From an uncultured Planctomycetota bacterium (GTDB lineage: Bacteria; Planctomycetota; Planctomycetia; Isosphaerales; Isosphaeraceae), in the NCBI GenBank assembly GCA_963823665.1, contig CAWGMQ010000003.1, forward strand, positions 704,001 through 768,000: a stretch of 64,000 nt of DNA, read 5' to 3'. Of this stretch, positions 54,469 through 64,000 are shown piece by piece (position 1 is the stretch's first letter; every line of letters begins with the position of its first letter). A model generated the notes under the pieces. That model was not told the DNA's origin. It was given only the letters and a program-made list of their open reading frames with translations, and ran no database searches. A program made the translations under genes and the position numbers.

Positions 54469-54759
54469 TTACGCGCGCGTCGAGTGCGGGTTGCCTGACC
54501 CGGTACAGCTCCAAGCCGCCGTCCACCCACACGGAGCGGCTTGTATTGATTATTTGCCGCTCGTCCTGTTCCCGTAAGCGTTACGGGATCGATGTCACGC
54601 TGCACCGCGCTCCCGGCCCACCGGGCAAAACCCGACTCCTCGTCGATGGCGAGCGAAAGTCGCCAATATTCGGAACCGTCAATGTTTCGTTCGATCCATA
54701 CCCGTCCTGGTCTCCTCCTCGCCGCATCCCGCACCCACATCGGTGCACTGCCTTCAAAT

Positions 54760-54910
54760 CCATCGTCACCATCGCCACAGCGTCACGGCCTTGCAGGCAA
54801 AGGGTTTAAGTGTGACGCAAGCGTGACGCTGGAATAATCGGAACTGGAATGGCCGCGCGACGACGCGCTCTTTGCGGGTCGTGCTGGGAATGACGGCGAG
54901 CATTTGCGCG
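54760..54910 (+). repeat. About 150-bp imperfect direct repeat, copy 1
   Basis: CCATCGTCACCATCGCCACAGCGTCACGGCCTTGCAG...GCGTGACGCTGGAATAATCGGAAC...ACGACGCGCTCT...TGACGG. Confidence 0.85.
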
Positions 54911-55232
54911 TTCGTCGGGCGCGGGTCTGACACCGCCCTCGCCCCATCCGAAGGTCTGTGTTCGGCGCGCGGCTGTCGACGCCGCCGCAGTGTCGACCTT
55001 CGCTCCGCGAAGGGACGCATTCGTCGGGCGCAATCTCCGACCCCGCCCTCGCCCCGTCCGAAGGTCTCCTTCCGTTCGCCCGCGCATCCCGCGCCGATTA
55101 ATCCAGAACAACGTCGACGATTAAAATCGTCGCACTGACAACCGGCAACCCGGTCTGCTTCCCCAGCGCATTCGCCTCACGAAGCTGGCCGTCGAGATGC
55201 TTCTTCCAAGCCCCTTTGCGGCTCACTCGGCC

Positions 55233-56096
55233 TCACGGCGCGAGTTGCTTACGGAACGAATTGAGTGATCGGGCGGTGGCCGCGTGCTTGATCAGTTCCT
55301 TCAAGCGCGATGCGTCATCGATCGCCTTGAGCGCAGTCTCGAGTACCGCGGCCTTGACGCCGAAACGCCCTACCAGGAACGTCATGAGGTCTTCGATTAC
55401 CGCTTCCCGCGTCGCCTCCCGCGTCCATTCTTCTTTCAACTCCTGAAGCACAGGTGATTCAATCATGGCCTTCCGTCCTCCCGGAATCTGGAGCAACTTG
55501 GGGTCATTATACCTCAAACCGGCAAGAACCTGTGTCACGGCCAGCATGTTTTCGAGTTCGCCGGGTGGTGCGTCCCGGTCAATGCGAGTGCGGCACTCGC
55601 GCACGATCGCCTCTGGTGACCGATCAAATTGTGCGAGTGGCACCCACGGTATCAAGCCGACATCACCCGCCGCTAGCAATTGCTCGCCCGGCACTTCCCA
55701 GAGCTTCACCGCCCTCCACGAGAGATCCCATTTGGTGAGACGCCCGTGGCTGTGCAGGGTCGCCGATTCGGCGGCCGCGGCCTTTCCGCGCGGACGCAAG
55801 AACAGAACCAAGACATCCGGGACAACCCCACGGTCCATATACACGAGCGCCGTGTCACCGACGACTTGTTCGGCCACGCGAGCTTCGGGGTAAGTCGCGA
55901 TCTCGAGAACCAACGGGTCAGGCTCAGCCCGTCCGCGATACTGCACCTCGATGAGGCCATCTGGAAGCCGTCGGGACTGGACAATCTCCGCCTGTATCGG
56001 CTTCCACGACTCGATTTCACGGATGCCGCCGAGGCGCAGTATCGAATCGCCATGATGCTGGATTAGCCACTTGCTGCTCTTGTCGTATTCGTGCAA
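55233..56096 (-). CDS. Rpn/YhgA-like (PD-(D/E)xK putative transposase-like) protein
   Basis: YDKSSKWLI...RLPDGLIEV...LEIATY...VKLWEV...LIPWVPL...IESPVLQE...RFG, the typical Rpn-like layout; TTG start at 56096. Confidence 0.7.
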   Translation of the reverse strand: MHEYDKSSKWLIQHHGDSILRLGGIREIESWKPIQAEIVQSRRLPDGLIEVQYRGRAEPDPLVLEIATYPEARVAEQVVGDTALVYMDRGVVPDVLVLFLRPRGKAAAAESATLHSHGRLTKWDLSWRAVKLWEVPGEQLLAAGDVGLIPWVPLAQFDRSPEAIVRECRTRIDRDAPPGELENMLAVTQVLAGLRYNDPKLLQIPGGRKAMIESPVLQELKEEWTREATREAVIEDLMTFLVGRFGVKAAVLETALKAIDDASRLKELIKHAATARSLNSFRKQLAP

Positions 56097-56270
56097 CGGT
56101 CGATCTCCGCTGAGGGCTGTTGTGCTCCGATGGCGGCCTTCTGTGCGGCTCATGCGGATCACCAGGCCGGACCGGCCGAGACGTCGACGCTGTTCCGAAA
56201 CGTCGTTCTGATTCTCATCGGCCCCCCCGGGGCCCGGGTTAATAGTCACGGGCTTCCAGCCCTTGGAACT

Positions 56271-56421
56271 CCATCGTCACCATCGTCACAGCGTCACGGC
56301 CTTGCAGTCATTGGAGTTACGCGTGACGCACGCGTGACGCTGGAATAATCGGAACGGGATTGGCCGGGTTACGACGCGCTCTGCGCGGCTCGTATCGGAA
56401 CTGACGGAAAGCACCTGCGTG
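56271..56421 (+). repeat. About 150-bp imperfect direct repeat, copy 2
   Basis: CCATCGTCACCATCGTCACAGCGTCACGGCCTTGCAG...GCGTGACGCTGGAATAATCGGAAC...ACGACGCGCTCT...TGACGG. Confidence 0.85.
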
Positions 56422-56540
56422 TCCTGATGAAAATCACCGATCTGCCGGGCCTGCGGATGAGGCGAGTTCTGCCGGCGCCGCTCGCAAGCAAAGATCACAA
56501 CGCTGGGCATCCACCACGGCTCAAGCTGACATCGTTCCAT

Positions 56541-58030
56541 CTACTTGACCGACGGCCGTGCCGGCTCCGCAGCAGGAGTGAAAGCCTCAGCCGGAAAAAC
56601 CAGGTCGTCGAGCCGGCTCTTCCACTCCTCGGCTTTGTCTTTCTTGCCCCACTCGCGGTAGAGCCGGATGATCTGCTCGAGTGCCTTTCGCAGTTCAGGC
56701 TGTTTGTCGCGGGGGACGGCCTTTTCACACGCTTTCATCCCGTCGTATGCCGACTGCAGCAAGCGCTCGGCCTCGTCGTACTTTTTCTGCTCGAGCAGGC
56801 AGGAGCCGAGCTGGCTCTCGATGACAAAGCGATCCCAACGGTCGGGGGCCGTCTTGAGCAAGAACGCTCTGTAGTCGCGGAAGTAGGGCTCGGCCCGGGC
56901 ATATTCTTTCTTGAATAAGTAAAGCGATGCTAGAGAACCGTTCGCTTGCGCGGTGTACTGGTCGTCGGGTCCGTACCTCGACAGCGCGATGCGGGCAGTC
57001 TCCTTCAACACAGGTTCGAGTTTCACCAGGTCCCGTTTCGACGAATATACGATGGTCAAACCGGCCAGCGCGAGCACCGTGGTTTCGTGATTGCGATCGA
57101 GCGCGGCGCGGCCTCCTTCGAGCGCCTCCACGAATAGGGGCTCGGCCTCGTCGAGCCGGCCTTCGCACCGATAGTAGTCCGCCAGGACGGCCATCGAGAA
57201 CAGCGTCCCCGGGTGCTTCTCGCCCAGGAACTTCCGTCTTGCCTTCAACACTTCCTTTCGAAGCCGCTCGACTTCGGACTTCTTGCCGAGTGAATTGTAG
57301 ACCAGCGCCAGGTTACTCATCGCCGTCAACGTGCTCGGATGCTGAGCCCCAACCCGCTTTGGAGATTCTTTGATGGCGTCGACTAACAGCCGCTCAGCCA
57401 GGTCGAACTTATTCTGTGCCTCGTAGACCATCGCCAGCGTGTTTGCCACGTCGAGCGTCTCGGGGTCCGCGGCATCCTTCGTCCGGAGATATGCATCGCG
57501 GAGCGGGAGGAGGAGCCTCTCGGCTTCGACCATTCTCTCTTGAGTGTAGTACAGTTGTGCCACGCTATGGGTTGCGGCGAGGGTACGGGGATCGTCGGCG
57601 CCGAGCGCTGCGCGGAGCCCATTCATCGCTCGGACCAGTAACGGCTCGGATTCGGACAGTCTACCGTCGTCCCGATAGACGGTCCCAATCGCTATCAGAG
57701 TTTCCAGGGTGTCGGGGTGGTCCTGGCCGAGCTCGCGGCTGCGGAGAGCTCGAGCGCGTTCCAGGTGCTCGAGCGCCTTCGGGTAGAGTCCGAGACGGAA
57801 ATATGCCTCGCCGATCGTTTCGCGAACCGATGCTTCGACGATTGGCCGATCGGCCAATCGCTCGCCGATCTTGGCGGCCGCCCGGTCCAGCGCTTCCCTG
57901 ACCTTGAGTTCGGGATCGGGCGCGATACCCGGGCCAGCCTGGATGTCGGCGCCGGCCTGGGCGAGGACGTCCTTGTTGAGGAACTCTTCGACCGCCTTGG
58001 CGATTTCAGCTTTTGATTCGGCTCGGCGTT
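56541..58030 (-). pseudogene. TPR-repeat C-terminal half of a Ser/Thr kinase-TPR protein; kinase part missing
   Basis: Begins AKAVEEFLNKDVLAQA...VREALDRAA, the usual post-kinase linker, then LGxDHPxTL TPR repeats. No convincing start codon. Confidence 0.7.
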
Positions 58031-58232
58031 CTGGAGGACATCGACCGCGCCCAGCAAACGCGCGGAGTGACACGCGATCGATGAACAGCCGACACAACCA
58101 CACCCGGGCGGTCCGGTGCACCTCGGATCTGCTAACCGAATAAGGTCAGTCGCAGTTTGCCGGTTTTCCTCCCAGCCACCTGGCCTGGCTTTACCTGTGG
58201 CTGCATCCCACAGCCGAAGCACATCGAGCCGC

Positions 58233-59105
58233 TCACGTGCCGCTGAACGTCACACCATTTCCCGACTGGAATCGTATGGTCGGCTGGAACGCTCCCGCCG
58301 GCGCATTACTGAAAGACGTTATCGCGTTTGCGTTACTTTTGCCGGCCTGCGTTCCGAGAGATCCGAAGGCTTGCTCCAGACTCGCGCCAACGCCATTGAT
58401 GGTCGTGCTGATTGGGCTGCCGGCTTGCGTGTACGCGTTGCTGAAGACCTGCGCGGCAATCGTGCCGATTGAGGTGCTGGCTGGTGTGGTGGTGGTCGCT
58501 GCGGTCGTTGTCGAAGACGAGCTCGTCGTACTGCCGAGCTTGCTGGGCGAGGCGCTTACACTGCTGACTCCGCTGCTCGCAACGATGGTCTGAGATTGAA
58601 TCACCGACGCCGAGGAGTTGCCGGATCCTGTCAGGCCGGTGCGAGCGTTCGGAAAGTTGTTCTCGATGGCGCCTGCCGGCACGCCGGGGAGAGATCCGGA
58701 AGCCGCCGACGAATTGGAATTGAACGAGGCAACCAACTTGTCGACGCCATTCTTCAACGAACTGGTATGCGTTGTCTTTCCGCTCGAGGAGCTCGTGTTC
58801 GACGTCACGCTCACGTGCTGGACCTGAACTTGTGCGCGGCTGCCCGCTCTGGCGATCACACTATGCAGGTAATCAAGCCGGGTCGTTACATAGGACTTGA
58901 GATGTTTCGTATGGACCTTCTGTCCGCGGTCGACGCGCTCAAGCTCATGTTCGAACTTCCCAACGTGGGCAGCTCCGAACGGACTGGCGGTCGGCGACGG
59001 AGTGGCCGGCAATGCGGCGACGGCGCTCAAGACGAGACGATCGTCGAGCATCTCAACCGGACTGACAAATCCGCGCCTCTTGGATCGAGCTTCGCGCCGG
59101 TTCAT
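58233..59105 (-). CDS. Secreted Ser/Thr-rich protein with planctomycete export motif
   Basis: MNRREARSKRRGFVSPVEMLDDRLVLS; S/T-rich tract. Confidence 0.7.
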   Translation of the reverse strand: MNRREARSKRRGFVSPVEMLDDRLVLSAVAALPATPSPTASPFGAAHVGKFEHELERVDRGQKVHTKHLKSYVTTRLDYLHSVIARAGSRAQVQVQHVSVTSNTSSSSGKTTHTSSLKNGVDKLVASFNSNSSAASGSLPGVPAGAIENNFPNARTGLTGSGNSSASVIQSQTIVASSGVSSVSASPSKLGSTTSSSSTTTAATTTTPASTSIGTIAAQVFSNAYTQAGSPISTTINGVGASLEQAFGSLGTQAGKSNANAITSFSNAPAGAFQPTIRFQSGNGVTFSGT

Positions 59106-59439
59106 GGTTGAACCCTCTTCCGTGAGTCTGTGTGCGATCGACATGTACAAAGCAGTCGGCCTGATGGGAATCAGGAGCTTCGCAGCGATACTATACACCA
59201 CGGCGTGCGCTGGTGCTGGCAGGCGAACACGGCGGCGATCAGAAATTCACCGGCATATTCCGCTTTTCTTGCGCGAATCGATGTGAAGATAATGGAGTTG
59301 GATCGTGTCGCACGGTTATGAGGGCAGCGCGCGTGGCGCTGTCCATGATTCTGTCGCTCAGATGCGTGCTGGCCAGAATTCGCGGGACAGTCCAGAGTCT
59401 CAGAGAGCCGCACGCGGGTCAGCCAACGAATCGTGGCGC

Positions 59440-60024
59440 ATGAACATAACAACGACAAACAGCCGACCTCGGCGAAAATACCTCCGTTTCAGCCTACGGT
59501 CACTGCTCGTCCTTATTCTCTTGATCGCCGGTTGGCTGGGCTGGATCGTCCACCGCGCCCGCGCCCAGCGCGATGCCGTGGCGGCGATTCTCAAGCTGCA
59601 AGGCACGGTCAAATACGACTGGGAGCGCAAGGACGGCCGCAACCTTCCAAATGGCAAACCCCGATGGCCTGGCTGGCTCGTGAACCTGTTCGGTATCGAT
59701 TACTTCGCGCATGTCACGCAGGTTCGCCTGGTCGCGGTTCATGAACTATCCGACGCCGAGCTGATCCACATCTCGAACCTGAGCGGGCTCGAAGAGCTTG
59801 ACTTGCACCGCTCGCCGGTGACCGACGCCCGGCTGGGTTATCTGGAGGGATTGACTCATCTTCAATCGTTGACTCTGTTTCACACGCCGATCGGTGACAC
59901 CGGTCTGGCCCATCTGAAGAGAATGCACCGGCTCCGAATGCTGTCGATCGAAAACACGAGCGTGACCGACTCGGGAGCACAGGAGCTTCAGAAGGCGCTG
60001 CCGATGGTTGCGATCAAGCGCTGA
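59440..60024 (+). CDS. Membrane-anchored leucine-rich-repeat protein
   Basis: LRFSLRSLLVLILL...; LxxLxLxxTxVTDxG repeats. Confidence 0.85.
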   Translation: MNITTTNSRPRRKYLRFSLRSLLVLILLIAGWLGWIVHRARAQRDAVAAILKLQGTVKYDWERKDGRNLPNGKPRWPGWLVNLFGIDYFAHVTQVRLVAVHELSDAELIHISNLSGLEELDLHRSPVTDARLGYLEGLTHLQSLTLFHTPIGDTGLAHLKRMHRLRMLSIENTSVTDSGAQELQKALPMVAIKR

Positions 60025-60070
60025 ATAGGGCGGGCCGCTCCGCGATGAGAAAGCCGGGAGAACATGACGC

Positions 60071-60892
60071 ATGCGACTGACTCGGCCACGATTCACGACT
60101 CGCTCCCTGATGCTGGTTGTTGGAATCTGCGCCTTGATAGTCATCATCTGGCTCATTCCAATCGGCTATCGCTGGGCGTGGACGTGGATGGTGATCCGCG
60201 ACGTGAATCGCGGGCAGTCCACACGATATTCGGCGATCGGATTCGCGAGCGCGGGCCCGCACGCCTTCCAGGCCCTCCGCGTTGCACTCAAAAGCGATCA
60301 AGCCAAAACGCGCATGGCCGCGGCCCAATCGCTCGGTGTGATCGGGGAAGACGCGAAGGATGCGGTGCCGGATCTGCTCGAAGTCGTACTGCACGATCCG
60401 GACAAGCTCGTCAGGATCTACGCCGCTGCGAGCCTGGGACAGATCGGCCCCGGGGCGAGAGAGGCGGTTGAGCCTCTGATCAAGCTCCTTCAGACGGAGC
60501 GAGATCCTCAAGTGGTTGCCACGGTCATCCAGACCTTTCACGAGCTAGGTCCTGTCGCCAAGACCGCGCTTCCGGTCCTCGCAACGATGGCGAAGGATCC
60601 CGAGTGCCACTCGCGAATGATGGCAGCCTGGGCGATGTGCCGCATCGGGCCGGAAGGCCGCGCGGAAGCCGCGGCGCTGGTACCGCAATTGATTGTGCAG
60701 CTCACAGATCAGAACCCGAACAGCCGAAAGTTCGCTGCCGACGTGCTCGCTGAGATCGGGCCGGCAGCCGAAGGCGCCGTGCCAGCTCTCTCGGCTGCGA
60801 CCGAGGATCAAGATGGAGCCGTCCGGAAAGCTGCCGGCAAGGCGCTGGCGGCGATCAAACGAAATCCGGCGAGCTCGGATACTCGAGACTGA
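60071..60892 (+). CDS. Membrane-anchored HEAT-repeat protein
   Basis: RFTTRSLMLVV...; AAxxLGxIGPxAxxAVPxL repeats. Confidence 0.88.
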   Translation: MRLTRPRFTTRSLMLVVGICALIVIIWLIPIGYRWAWTWMVIRDVNRGQSTRYSAIGFASAGPHAFQALRVALKSDQAKTRMAAAQSLGVIGEDAKDAVPDLLEVVLHDPDKLVRIYAAASLGQIGPGAREAVEPLIKLLQTERDPQVVATVIQTFHELGPVAKTALPVLATMAKDPECHSRMMAAWAMCRIGPEGRAEAAALVPQLIVQLTDQNPNSRKFAADVLAEIGPAAEGAVPALSAATEDQDGAVRKAAGKALAAIKRNPASSDTRD

Positions 60893-61274
60893 TAAGGGAA
60901 CCGCTCGTTAGAGTAAGTCGTTGGAGATTCTTGCCGCGGCGGGATCGGAGATGTGCGACAACACTCTGCTCAATGTACGCCTCAGGGATGATACGGGAAC
61001 AAGACATCTCATGCGGGCACCGGAGCCCCGGCCGTTCCGGGTTGACGGGGAAGAGGGAACGATCCAGGGCCGGCGTATTCCGCCCTTTCGAGCTGGTGAT
61101 ACCCGTTACTTCGAGGTAGGGAACCCGTGCTGCGGCTGTGGGGCGTGGGAACACACCTCACGGGCGGGGGATGGGTTCAGGGGGCGGTTCTTGCCTATCG
61201 GCTTCATCCGCCATTTACCAATCGTGATACCCAAGATTGACCCCGTGACTGCTCCGATCAGGGCCGAAACAGTG

Positions 61275-61460
61275 AAGTAGAGGTTTCCCAGTCCCCGCGT
61301 AAATCGGATCTCAACATCGTAGCTCTGTTCGCCACGATAGACCGCCCATGCGTTCCCGAAGTAGGCCTGTAGTTCGAACTAAGTGGGAACATCGGAGGAT
61401 AGGTCGAGCTTCTTCAGCGACCGAAATCGTTGCACATCGGAAAGTGACCAGGATCATGAA
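61275..61460 (-). pseudogene. WYL-domain regulator, internal fragment
   Basis: Manual translation VTFR / VQRFRSLKKLDLSSDVPT*FELQAYFGNAWAVYRGEQSYDVEIRFT. Confidence 0.6.
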
Positions 61461-61617
61461 GAGCAGCGTTTTGAGACAGGGGACGTTCAGGACGAGCGGC
61501 CGGTTCAAGACCTGGAATGGATCTAGTTCCAAACTTTGCAGCCCTCTAATCCATCGCAGGAATGCATATTAGCTGGTGCACGAACCTCTCAAAGATTCAG
61601 ACGGAAAGACGTGCGTC

Positions 61618-62000
61618 GTGACGAACTCCGAATGGCTCGCCTCCGACGACGACCTAGCGATGCTGGAAGCCGTGCGACCTCACGCCAGCGAGCGACAGTT
61701 GCGGCTCATCGCCGTTGCTTGCTGCCGACATCTCCGGTTGATCTTGAACGACAGCGTCACTGCCGGGGCGATCGACGAGGCGATCGGGGCAGCGGAACGG
61801 TATGCCGATGGCTCAGGAACGAAGGCATCATTGAAAAGGGCAAGGCAGACCGTGCGTGCTGTCCGGCATAGCATGTCGGTCGTTGTAGGCGTTGCATCAC
61901 CAGGCTGGAATGCCCGCACGCTCAATCGACGAGCATCGGTCATTCGAGCGGATGGCGATGCTGGCTGAAGCTCTCGAAGCGGCGGGCTGCGATGATCGTG
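61618..62000 (+). pseudogene. Planctomycete multicopy hypothetical family ('EWL...RKLRL.AVACCR...LADALEEAGC'), internally deleted
   Basis: SEWLASDD...ERQLRLIAVACCRHL...AERYADG / FERMAMLAEALEAAGCDD. Confidence 0.65.
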
Positions 62001-62586
62001 ATGTTTGGGATGGTCAACGGAATCGGAGAACTCGTCCGGGGAGGGAAGCGATTCGAGCACCTAGACGAGTCTGGCGGTGTTGTCAACGGATTCAACGTGG
62101 CGTTTCGCAAAGTCGAGACGCCTCACTATGTGGAGTTCGTCGGATGCGCCATGTGGTTCTACGGGGGCGACAACTTTCCGATTCTTCAAGTTGTCTGGCC
62201 GGATTCCCAACATCGCTACCCGTGGCACTCCGACTAGCTTGCCGACTTGCGAGAGCGTCAACCGGTCTTGAGCGACGACGGCTCCTGGCCGTTCCACGAG
62301 GGGAGAAAGCGGGCGTGCTTCACGACCAGGCGAGTTCTTGATGGAATGCCGATCCTGCTCGTGAGCCATGACCAGGATGGCGACTGGCAGTTCTTGTGCG
62401 GGACGACGAACGAGAACCAAGGACGGTGCTTTGGTCAGCCTCGGCGGCCTGCTTACTCAGGACGGGACGCTCAGCGGGGTCACAGATCTGCCCGGGGGCT
62501 GGAGGGCGACACGTCAGAAGATCGGTGAGGCATGGGTGCGGTCGAGGATCGAGGAGGCAGGCGATGCCCAAGAGCAGGAAGACTAG
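62001..62586 (+). pseudogene. DUF4262-like plus DUF2185/immunity-like domain protein; 5'-truncated, with internal stop and frameshift
   Basis: FPILQVVWPDSQHRYPW* ... VSHDQDGDWQFLCG / DLPGGWRATR. Confidence 0.65.
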
Positions 62587-62846
62587 CGAGGAAGACCGCT
62601 ACCGACTGTGGTGGGAGAAATCGTTCAAGGAACGAGAGGAGCTGTTACGGGAGCGGTTCGGGCAGACCGACCCCCCTGGGTACGTGAATTCTTTCTCCTG
62701 GGACGCTCCCGAGCTAATCATCCCTGGAGGAAAGCGAGTTGGATCGGGAGACAGTGACGGCTGATCCTCGATGGGCGGTCGAGTGGGATGAGATTCGTGC
62801 CCTCGCGGACGACGAAGTTCTTCGTCTCCTGGAGGCAGATCGTTAA
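62564..62846 (+). pseudogene. Hypothetical (possibly SUFU-like) gene with the middle deleted
   Basis: N-terminal MPKSRK...EREELLRERFG...LIIPGG and C-terminal RETVTADPRWAVEWDEIRAL...* lie in different frames. Confidence 0.35.
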
Positions 62847-62989
62847 TCCGACCTTCGTGCTTGGCTCTCACCGCACAAACCTGAGCGACCAAGCTCTCGA
62901 TGACAGATTTGGAGGCTGGGATGGAATGCCAAAGCCTTGAAGAGTTGCGTCGAATTCTCATCGAGGGTCAACGCAGGTCGACGCAGGGC

Positions 62990-63766
62990 TTATGGCTCGT
63001 CAGGTCCTTTTCCCCTCGCATGAGCGATCACGAAATCGACAAGTTCCTGGCACTGGAACCAGCCCGACCACATACTGTGCCCTTGCCCCTTCATGACGGT
63101 GAGCGTCATCTCACCTCCGAACTGCCGGTAACGCCGAGCCAACTCGGCGGAGTTCGTTTCAAGAGGCACAACGGTGTCAACGTCCCCGTGAATATGGAGC
63201 ACGGGAACACCGGCTTTCGCCAGAGGCTCAACACGATCCACCGGGTTATGGTGGGCGATGACACCCTGGAACATCCACTTCTCCTCCGGTCCCGGCAAAC
63301 CCGGAAGCGTGAGTGCATACCAAACCCACGGCATCGCCTCGGTTTCCTTCTTGTCTTTCGGAAGAATAAGGAATGCCGTATGGCCAACCACACGGAGAAC
63401 CTCCCCCGGAACAGGCAAACTCTTACCTTGATTTGACTGTGGAAAGAAGCCCCTCAAGAAGCTCGCCAGCGACCCATCGTAGACCGCTTCGGCGAGGAAC
63501 TCCGTTCCCTGCTGGTTGCCCCAGCTATAGGTGATGATCGTCTTGCCTCGGAACTCGCACAGGTCCACGTCCGAGTTGTTCAGGTCCACCGCTCGGGTGA
63601 TCTTCGCCCGCTGGTCGGCGGTCAGCTTCGGGTTGGCGATCAGCTTGTCTTCCGGTGACGCTTTCAAGACAGGGTTGAGCGGGCTCGATTCCCAGCGGAT
63701 CAGGTCTCGGGACCGAAAGAGGTGGGTTTCAGTCATGTTGACCGTGCAGAGCAGACCACCGACCAC
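62990..63766 (-). pseudogene. Chimeric ORF: C-terminal fragment of a beta-propeller/glycosidase-like protein fused to an internally deleted alpha/beta hydrolase
   Basis: RSRDLIRWE...NPVL...YSWGNQQG, then PWVWYA...EEKWMF joined directly to HNPVD...HGDVDTVVP...GQGH, with no nucleophile-Ser segment. Confidence 0.6.
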
Positions 63767-64000
63767 GATACGACGACCGATGGTGGGCCGGAGAGAGACG
63801 GCGTGAGCAGCTCATGCCGGAGGACGGTCAACCGGAGGCGAGCATCTCAGTTGCAGAGTCCCGTCTCGACTTGCGACTGCCAATCGTCTTCCGCCAGAAT
63901 CACTTGCTGGCCCGCAGGTTTGATCGTTTCAATGGAATCAGAAATCGATGCCGCCTTCTTGCTCAATGATTCCAGAGCGACGGCTCGCTTGATCGCACAT

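Noticed and set aside
54760..56421. Direct-repeat pair as DGR template and variable repeats
   Set aside because: Mismatches are not confined to adenines, neither copy is in a gene 3' end, and no reverse transcriptase is present.

Overview
GC-rich bacterial DNA. The gene content (DUF1559, DUF1501, ECF sigma with a long C-terminal extension, 'LExLExRxLL' export motifs, kinase-TPR) points to a Planctomycete, probably Isosphaeraceae-like; this is inference from recalled protein families, and no searches were run. Layout: (1) 1-24 kb is an accessory mosaic. It holds a truncated caspase-like gene and ECF sigma, a RAYT transposase bracketed by inverted repeats, a beta-helix/metalloprotease exoprotein, two toxin-antitoxin modules, an IS3 element, an intact three-gene ABC-three-component/Lamassu-type defence operon, a DUF4062 gene, a decayed C39 peptidase and several repeat families. 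(2) 24-53.5 kb is mostly core genes (DUF502, MoxR-like AAA, ACT, rsgA, WD40, modABC, BlaI/BlaR-DUF1559, Ser/Thr kinase, MFS, TatD, DUF1501, FG-GAP, GT4) with a HEPN-like two-gene cassette in the middle. (3) 53.5-64 kb is a repeat-dense zone around an Rpn-like gene, followed by many internally deleted genes. Many single-base frameshifts, including in rsgA and modC, suggest uncorrected long-read errors, so calls resting on one frameshift are uncertain. Best leads for something undescribed: a covarying inverted-arm element with a fixed 25-bp spacer flanking the Rpn-like gene, the RAYT-linked 24-bp motif at gene-fragment junctions, and the atypical HEPN/MNT-like pair. No rRNA, tRNA or CRISPR array was seen.
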